DNA from: an uncultured delta proteobacterium
GTDB taxonomy: Bacteria > Desulfobacterota > Binatia > UBA9968
Direction: 5' to 3'
DNA length: 64,000 bases
NCBI GenBank assembly: GCA_963816145.1
Contig: CAWFJP010000010.1
Span: 1-64,000 of the forward strand
Below, in pieces: positions 41,298 through 50,000 of this stretch. The notes beneath the pieces were generated by a model. It worked only from the letters and a program-made list of their open reading frames with translations, did not search any database and had not been told where the DNA came from. Every line of letters begins with the position of its first letter. Within the stretch, counting starts at the first letter, position 1. The position numbers were made by a program, and so were the translations under genes.

Positions 41298-41795
41298 ATG
41301 ACTGCTAGCGACGAAGAATTCATGCGCCTAGCACTGGCTCAGGCAGAGGAAGCCGCGCGCCAGGACGAGGTGCCGGTAGGTGCGGTGGTCGTTTGCAGTG
41401 GAACGGTTGTCGGCACCGGCTACAATCAACGCGAGTCCTGCCAAAATCCTTTGTGCCATGCCGAAATCGCCGCCATCGACGCGGCGGCGAAGCGGTTGGG
41501 GAAGTGGCGCCTGAGCGACTGTTCGATTTATGTCACTCTCGAGCCCTGCATCATGTGTGTCGGAGCGATTTTACAAGCTCGTTTCGCCAAGTTGGTGTTC
41601 GGTTGCCTCGATGCCAAGGCCGGTGCGGTTGAATCTCTTTATCGTTTATGTGAGGATCGACGCCTTAATCATCAACTCCCAGCGGTCGGTGGTGTGCTGG
41701 CCCACGAAACCGGAGTGATTCTGGCGGAGTTTTTTACACGCCTGCGAGCGCGTAAGCGCGAGTGCAAAATTGGGGAGAGGTGGCCGAGCGGTTGA
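41298..41795 (+). CDS. tadA: tRNA adenosine(34) deaminase
   Basis: EVPVGAV, HAE, TLEPCIMC, D.KAGA, LNH. Confidence 0.95.
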   Translation: MTASDEEFMRLALAQAEEAARQDEVPVGAVVVCSGTVVGTGYNQRESCQNPLCHAEIAAIDAAAKRLGKWRLSDCSIYVTLEPCIMCVGAILQARFAKLVFGCLDAKAGAVESLYRLCEDRRLNHQLPAVGGVLAHETGVILAEFFTRLRARKRECKIGERWPSG

Positions 41796-41863
41796 AGGCG
41801 CTTGACTCGAAATCAAGTGTACGGGGAACCGTACCGGGGGTTCAAATCCCTCCCTCTCCGCCA
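41774..41863 (+). tRNA. tRNA-Ser (anticodon CGA)
   Basis: GGAGAGG/CCTCTCC stem, CTTGA-CT CGA AA-TCAAG, long variable arm, GCCA. Confidence 0.95.
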
Positions 41864-42029
41864 AAGTCCTTTCTTGCTGATCTCAAATGAAGTAGTTGCA
41901 ATCCGGTGGTGCGCCAAGCACGATCCATGCGACCTACAGGACCGAGTCCTGTACCTGCGATCACCCCACGATTGGCCCCGAGCCAAGACAGTCAAATCTT
42001 TACCCTTGTACCACTCTAGAGCCAAGGGC

Positions 42030-42320
42030 GCCGACGAAATAATGCGTGTTGTAAGCCGGCGACTTGGCGTCAAAAACAAAGAGATCCTAGGGAAACAAGC
42101 ACGGGATATGGGAAAATGAGCCGCGGCGTTGGAGACGTTTTGCCCGTACGGGCAGATGAACCAAGCGTCGAACGGGAAAGTGCTGGCGGGCTCGACCACA
42201 CGACGGTGAGCCATGAGCGGAAGCGGGTGCAGGAGGGTAAGCGGCGTGGCAGCGCCCGCCTCTCATGTGCCGATGCCGCAGAGTTCCGCTTACCTGCTAG
42301 CGCAGTCACAAGTTTATAAA
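42030..42320 (+). pseudogene. Remnant of the DnaA-C-like HTH tail of a Y1 (RAYT/IS200-like) transposase
   Basis: Across a stop and a frameshift reads ADEIMRVVSRRLGVKNKEILGK..*AAALE..YGQMNQ..GKVL/GGLDHTTVSHERKRV. Confidence 0.5.
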
Positions 42321-42615
42321 CGGCTGGTACCCTAGGTGACCGGTGCGGTCAGCACGCAATTAGAACGGTCCATATAAATAACGTTCCGGTTCTGTGCCAA
42401 AACCGGATGTCAAACGGTAGCACTCCCTAACCACCCCAAAATGAAAAAGCCTGGGAATCCAGGCACTTTCACACTGACAATCATTTCTTGATTTTTTATT
42501 TTAGGCCCCGTAAAAGCAATTTGACACCCTACTATGGGCTGGGCTAGTGAGATTCCAGGGCGTCACCGCGCTCGCGGATTTGCCGACTTTGGCTTTGCGT
42601 ATGACAGGATTAACC

Positions 42616-43671
42616 ATGCATAATGCGAAGAATATGCATACTGCGAAGAAAACGCGCGGTTACCTCTATCGACTGACAACGATTGGGCTGTTGTTAGTGG
42701 CCTGGTTCTGTAGCACGCTATTCGTCCCTTCCCTCTTTGCCGCTGAAGCGAAGGACAAAGAACCGGAAGGCAAGGTGGTGTTCTACTCCACCATGGGCAA
42801 TGAGCACTCGAAGATCTTTGCCAGTGCGTTTCGGCAACTTTACCCAAAGATTGAACCTGAGTTTTATTCGACAGGCTCAGCGCCATTGGCGGAGCGTGTT
42901 CTCAACGAAGCGCGCGGCGGCAGGCATTTATGGGACCTGGTGATCACTACGCCGTTTTACACTCAACTTTTCATGAAGCGAGGTCTGCTCGCCGCCCACA
43001 ATTCTCCGGAGCGGAAATTTTACCCAGATGGCTATAAGGACAGCAAAGGGCTGTGGACCTCGACTTATACTAACTACGCCGTCTTTGGCTACAACACCAA
43101 GCTGGTCCCGCAAGTTCGGGTCCCCAAGTCACATGGGGATCTGCTCAAACCGGAATGGCGCGGCCAGGTCGGCATGGATGCTAGGCCCTACGAGTGGTTT
43201 GCCGCATTCGTGAATCACATCGGGGAAGACAAAGGTTTGGCTTTCATGCGGGCGCTGGTGCAACAAGAACCGCAATTGCGCAACGGCCGTACTCTCGTCG
43301 GTCAACTGGTCGCTGCCGGGGAAAATGCCGGCTCGCTGACCGCTTTTTCACAGAATTTTGAGAACATGAAACTGAAAGGCGCGCCGGTGGATTGGGTGGC
43401 GCTCGATCCGGTGGTTGGTTATCTTCATCCGCTATCGCTTTCGGCAAAGGCGCCGCATCCGGTCGCCGGTAGGCTATTTATCGATTTCTTGTTGTCCGCC
43501 AAGGGCCAGGACATCATGCGCTCTTTGCAGCGCATCCCCGATCGCATCGACACTCTTCCCGACACGCGTCGGCTAGTGGAAGGTATCAAGCCAGTGTTTC
43601 CGTCGGCGGATGTGCTGGACAATTTGGATCGCTATATCAAACTTTTCGATACTATTTTTAAGCGGTCGTAG
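42616..43671 (+). CDS. Orphan FbpA/AfuA-like ABC substrate-binding protein
   Basis: EGKVVFYST, YNTKLV, APHPVAGRLFIDFLLSAKGQ; AGGA RBS before ATG 42616. Confidence 0.87.
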   Translation: MHNAKNMHTAKKTRGYLYRLTTIGLLLVAWFCSTLFVPSLFAAEAKDKEPEGKVVFYSTMGNEHSKIFASAFRQLYPKIEPEFYSTGSAPLAERVLNEARGGRHLWDLVITTPFYTQLFMKRGLLAAHNSPERKFYPDGYKDSKGLWTSTYTNYAVFGYNTKLVPQVRVPKSHGDLLKPEWRGQVGMDARPYEWFAAFVNHIGEDKGLAFMRALVQQEPQLRNGRTLVGQLVAAGENAGSLTAFSQNFENMKLKGAPVDWVALDPVVGYLHPLSLSAKAPHPVAGRLFIDFLLSAKGQDIMRSLQRIPDRIDTLPDTRRLVEGIKPVFPSADVLDNLDRYIKLFDTIFKRS

Positions 43672-43887
43672 CAGACGAAATGCGCCGATCGGCCACAAGT
43701 ATCTATACCGCATGACCTTCTGATCGATTCAACCAAGTGCGTGATCTAGAAAAAAATATTCAAATGCCAGCGGAACAAAAATCCTTGGCCGCCGAGCGTA
43801 AATTTGGATTCGCGAACGCGAAAATTTTGCTCCCGAAGTGGTTGGACAAAAGCACTTTTACCTTGCGTTTATGAGCGCTACCGAATC

Positions 43888-44008
43888 AAATCATCGGCGC
43901 CGATTGTCAAGTTTCGTTTACCGGAATTCTCTTTAAATTCCATCAATCTCCCAGAGCAAAAACCTCATACTTTCCAGCCTTGTCTTCAATGTTACGCAAG
44001 CGTATAAG
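43888..44008 (+). promoter_or_regulatory. Conserved NRPS upstream region: 12-bp palindrome plus sigma70-like promoter
   Basis: ATCGGCGCCGAT (43893-43904); TTGTCT-N17-TATAAG (43980-44008); both recur at 52723-52846. Confidence 0.6.
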
Positions 44009-44066
44009 CGCGATCATACATGGCTGGACGGCAGACAATGACTTAAATTCCCGTCGGCGAGGCATC

Positions 44067-47000
44067 ATGAAATTTCCAGCAGAACAAGACGCTATACGGG
44101 CCAACTGTTTTCAATCGTCGGGACCGTTCATTGAGTTCTCGATCCAAGATGTCGAGATGTCGATTCCGGCGCGGTTCGAAAAGATCGTCAAACAGCATCC
44201 AGATACGATCTCGGTCAAGACGAGCGACCATAGATGTCCGACATACGCGGAACTCAATCACGAGGCGAACCGGGTAGCTCACGCGATCTTGGCCCAACGC
44301 GGAAATACTGCCGAACCGATAGGAATCTTGTTTCAGAATAGCATTGAGCAAATCGCGGTTATGCTCGGAGTTCTGAAAGCAGGCAAATTTTTTGTTCTTT
44401 TGGATCCGTCATTTCCAAAAGCAAGGGTCGAAAGCGTATTGAAAGACTCGCATGCGGAGTTGGTCATCACAGACCGGCACAATTTACTCTTCGCTCATGA
44501 ATTGGGATGCAAAGACGATCGGCTAATGGAATTCGAATCCATCGATTCGAGGCTTTCGCGCCACAATCCGTGCCCGTCAGTCGCTTCTAGCGCGCTCGCG
44601 TATCTCGTCTATACTTCCGGTTCGACGGGACAACCCAAAGGCGTGATGCAGAGTCACAGAAACGTTTTGCACAACATAATGCTGCGCACGAACGTGACCC
44701 CAGTCTACGTCGAAGACAGAATCGCGTCCTTGGCCGCTGGCACTGCGCACGCGGTTAGCAATACTTTCTTCGCACTCCTAAATGGCGCGGCGTTATTCCC
44801 TTTTGATGTCAAGAAAGAAGGAATCGCTCCTCTCGCCACATGGCTCCAGCGCGAAAGGATTACATTACTCTGGATCAGCTCACCGCTATTCCGCAGTTTC
44901 TGCGATGTCCTGACAGGAAAGGAGGACTTTTCAAATCTTCGCCTCCTCCGACTCTCAAGCGAGACAATTTACAAAGCTGATATTGATTTGTACAAACGCT
45001 ACTTTCCATCTAACTGTCCACTATTTGTCGGGCTTGCTTCGAGCGAAACGGGACTACTTCGGTCCTATTTTGTCAATCACGAAACTATCATCGCAGGCAC
45101 GGAAGTGCCGGTAGGCTACGCAGCCGAGGGCAAAGAAATCTCACTTTTAGACGATAATGGCAATTCGGTTGGTTACAACCAGGTCGGTGAGATCGTTGTC
45201 CGGAGTCGCTTTTTATCTCCTGGATACTGGCGACGCCCCGACCTTACCGATGCAAAGTTCCAACCTGACCCGCACGATCCTGAGAAGCGTCTATATTACA
45301 CTGGCGATCTGGGGTTGATGCTTCCAGACGGATGTCTGATTCACAAAGGGCGCAAAGACTTGCGCGTCAAAATCCATGGCTATGGAGTCGAGATTTCAGA
45401 AGTGGAGCAAGCTCTACGTCGTCATGAATTCATTAAAGACGCGGTGGTTGTTGCCGGCCAGGATGAATCAGGTGAGAGCCGATTAATGGCTTACTATGTG
45501 TGCTCGCGCCCACCAGCGGTGACTCTCACACAGCTACGAAGTTTTTTGACCAAGGATCTTCCTGATTACATGATCCCTTCGGTATTTGTGCCGCTTGATT
45601 CGATGCCACTGTTACCCACAGGAAAAGTTGATCGGTACGCGCTTCCTGATCCTGGGAAGGAGAGGCCTGAGCTTGACACCCCCTATGTTGCGCCTCGGAC
45701 AGGAATTGAACAAAAATTGCGGCGGATCTGGACGGAGGTTCTCGGTCTCGATCAAATAGGCGTTCATGACAACTTCTTTGAACTAGGCGGTCATTCGCTG
45801 GCAGCCACGCGGGTGGTGTCACAAGTGATCAAAACATTTCAGTTGGAGCTGCCGCTTCAATCTTTGTTCCAATCGCCCACGGTTGCCGAGATGGCGGCCA
45901 TCATCCTTGCCGAATCGACATTGGAACAGCGCATTGAGTTCGAATCACGGCTATCGCGGAAGAGCGCACTTGCTACCATCACCGCCATTCCCCGACGAGA
46001 TAGCTTCTCGCCTTGTCCGTTATCCTTCGGCCAAGAGCGCCTGTGGTTCCTTAATCAACTAGAGCCGGAGAGCCCGGTCTACAATGAGTCGAGCGCACTG
46101 CGGTTGATTGGTTTGCTCGATGTGAACGCTTTACAAGAAGCCTTCAATTGCGTAATTGCGCGCCACGAAGTTCTACGGACCACGATTGCGCTTGTTGACG
46201 GAAACCCCATGCAGCGGATCGCGGCTCACCGAACGATTGAGCTAGCGGCGATAGATTTAAGTTCGCATGTCTCCAAGGACCGCGATACCGAAGCGCGCCG
46301 GCTGGTCGATGAGGCGATCCGCAGCCCATTCGATCTATCAAACGACCTCATGCTGCGCACTTTACTACTCCGGCTCGACCACCAAGAGCACATCCTTCTT
46401 GTGGTCAAGCACCATGTTGCTTCGGACGGATGGTCCTCGGAAATCTTCTGGCGCGAAGTTGCGACGTCGTATGCTGGGTTTAGCTCTGGACAGACCGCCA
46501 ATTTACCCGAGCTGCAGATCCAATACGCAGATTACGCGGCTTGGCAGCGGAATTGGTTGGCGGGAGAAGTTTCAGAGCGTCAGCTTTCATACTGGCGAAA
46601 GCAGCTTCAAGATATTCCAGCTGCAATCAATCTACCCACCGACAGGTCTCGTCCGGCGGTGCAGAGTTATCGAGGAGCAAGAGAATCCATCGAGCTGTCC
46701 AAGGAACTAACCCAGAAGCTCAAAGCGCTCGGCCGTAGCCATGGCGTAACGCTGTACATGACGCTTTTGGCCGCGTTTCAAACCCTGCTCTTTCGCTACA
46801 CGGGGCAGGACGACATCGCCGTGGGTTCTCCCATCGCCGGTCGAACCCGCGACGAGACCGAGGGACTGATCGGCTTTTTTGTCAACACGCTGGTATTGCG
46901 AACGGATTTGACGACCAACCCAACTTTTCGTGAATTGATGGAACGAGTGAGTGGCGTTTGTTTGAATGCATACTCCCACCAAGATTTGCCATTCGAGAAA

Positions 47001-50000
47001 ATCGTCGAGGAGTTGCACCCGGATCGACATCTTAATCAAAACCCGCTATTTCAGATCGCCTTCCAACTAAACACCAATACGAGGAAACCACTAAACCTCC
47101 CTGGTCTGCGCGTTGAGAACATCGAATTAGAACACCCCATGTCGAAATTTGATTTGAGCCTATCCATGACGGACAGGTCAGAATCGATAAGCGGGCGAAT
47201 TATTTACAATGCAGATCTGTTTGACGCCGCCACGATCGAGCGCATGGTCGGTCATTTCCAAGTCTTGCTCGAAGGCATCGTCGCCAACCCGGAGCAGCCG
47301 ATCAGTGGACTGCCTTTGCTCACCGAAGCCGAAACGCATCAACTCCTAGTCGAGTGGAACGACACCAAGACCGATTATTTCAACGACCAGTGCATTCACC
47401 AACTGTTTGAGACTCAGGCCGAGAAGACCCCGGACGCTATAGCCTTGGTTTGCGAAGACCAGAATTTGACCTATCGCGAACTAAATAGCCGCGCCAACCA
47501 GGTTGCCCATTACTTGCAAGTTCTTGGCGTCGGTCCCGAAGCGCCCGTCGGCATCTGCCTGGAACGTTCTATCGAGATGATCGTCGGCCTGCTCGCCATA
47601 CTCAAGGCCGGCGGCGCCTATGTGCCCCTTGATCCGGCGTACCCGAAAGAGCGCTTAAAGTTCATACTGGACGATTCACAAGCGCGGATTGTTTTGACGC
47701 GCCAACCTTTCCTGGATGTTAAACAATGGCCAATGGCGGGTGCCGAGTGGTGCTCGTTGGTCAGCGATACCCGTATCGAGAGAGTTTGCTTGGACCGCGA
47801 TTGGTGCGACATCGAGAAAGAGAGCGGAGAGAATCTCGAAAACGAAGCAACTGCTGACAGGCTCGCTTATGTGATTTATACCTCCGGGTCCACCGGCCGG
47901 CCTAAGGGAGTTGGTATCGAGCACCGCAATGCAGTTTCGTTTTTGACCTGGGCGCATTCGGTTTTCACCCGCGACGAATTTTTAGGCGTGCTAGCCTCGA
48001 CTTCGATTTGTTTTGACCTCTCCGTGTTCGAGATTTTTGCTCCGCTGACTTGCGGCGGAACGGTGATCCTGGCGGAAAATGCGCTGGCTTTACGGACTAT
48101 TGCCAATGCATCGGCGGTGACATTGCTAAACACCGTGCCGTCAGCCATCACCGAACTGCTGAGCTTGGGAGCCCTCCCCACATCGGTGCGAGTGATCAAC
48201 CTGGCCGGGGAACCGTTACGCACAGAAGTAGTGCGGAGAATCTGCGCGTCAACACCGGCGGCGAAGATCTACGATCTTTACGGGCCGAGCGAATGCACGA
48301 CGTATTCGACGTGGATGCGCCGCACCCCGGAGGGCCGGCAATCCATTGGTCGGCCGATCGCCAACACGCAAATTTACATACTTGGTGGCCATATGCAGCC
48401 GGTGCCGATCGGAGTAGTGGGCGAGATTTGCATTGGTGGTTCCGGGGTGGCGCGTGGTTATTTGAATCAGCCGAAGCTGACCCAAGAGAAGTTCATCGCC
48501 GATCCCTTCAGCATCGACCCCGGTGCCAGGCTCTACAAGACTGGCGATCTGGCCCGTTACTTGCCTGACGGCAACATCGAATTTCTCGGCCGCATCGACA
48601 ATCAGGTCAAAATCCGCGGTTTCCGCATCGAGCTCGGCGAGATCGAATCCGTGTTGGGGCAACATTCCGGAGTGCGTCAGAGTGCGGTGATTGTGCGCGA
48701 GGATACCGTCGACGAGAGGCTGCTGGTGGCTTACGTTGTCGCAATTGACGATCCCGCACCTTCTATTAACGATCTACGAAGCTTCCTGAAAGCAAATCTG
48801 CCAGAATACATGATACCTTCCGCCTTCGTGTTTTTGGAATCTCTGCCGTTGACAACCAATGGCAAGGTAGATCGCAAGGCGCTTCCGGTTCCCGATCAGA
48901 CTAGGCCGGAACTGGACGCGATCTTTATGTCACCGCGTACTCCCATGGAGGAGATGCTGGCAGAGATCTGGGCCGAAGTCCTAAAAGTAGAGGGGATTGG
49001 CATCCATGATAATTTCTTCGATCTCGGCGGCCATTCCCTCCTGGCAACTCAAGTGGTCTCACGAATGCGTCGAGCGGTGCAGGTGGAAATTCCCTTGCGC
49101 GCCTTGTTCGAATCGCCGACCGTGGTCGGCTTGGCTGCTCGTATTGAAGAAATCCATCAGAAGCAACATGGACTGCAGGCTCCCCCCTTGCTTGCGGTTT
49201 CGCGGGACAAAGACCTTCCTCTTTCTTTTGCCCAGCACCGGTTGTGGTTTTTGGATCAGCTGGAGCCCGGGAGTACGGTTTATAATGTTCCCATCGCTGT
49301 CCGTATTCGAGGACCGCTGGATGTCGCAGCGCTGGAGCGAAGCATCAACGAAATAATCGCACGGCACGAGATTTTGCGGACGACGTTTTCGACCGTAGAG
49401 GGAGAAGCGGTTCAGATTATCGCTCCGTCGTCGAGCCATTCACTGCCAGTGGTGGATCTAAGCGGGCAGGCAGAGAGTGCGCGTGCGGAACAAGCGCGAC
49501 GGCTGGCGCGGGAGGAAGCCTGGCGGCCCTTTGACTTGGCTCGAGGACCGCTCGTGCGGGTTACTTTACTTCGGCTTGGCCAGGAAGATCACGTTTTGCT
49601 GTTGACTCTGCATCATATTGTCTCGGACGGCTGGTCGATGAAAGTGCTTTTCCGCGAATTATCGGCTCTCTACAATGCTTTTTCCCAGAATCACCCCTCG
49701 CCGTTGAGTCAACTGCCCATTCAGTATGCCGACTTTGGCGCATGGCAGCGGCAGTGGTTGCAGGGCGAGATTTTAGAGACCCAGCTTTCCTATTGGAAGA
49801 AACAGCTAAAGGATGTTGTACCGTTGCAATTACCGACCGATCGGCCACGGCCGGCGCTACCGAGTTATCGAGGAGCACGAGAGTCCATCGAGCTCTCGAA
49901 GGAACTGACTCAGGAACTCAAAGCGCTCAGCCGTAGCCATGACGTAACGTTGTACATGACGCTTTTAGCTGCGTTTCAAACCCTGCTGTTTCGCTATACG

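Noticed and set aside
43980-44066. N-terminal extension of the NRPS from TTG 43980
   Set aside because: Overlaps the conserved promoter; the paralog starts at the position equivalent to ATG 44067.
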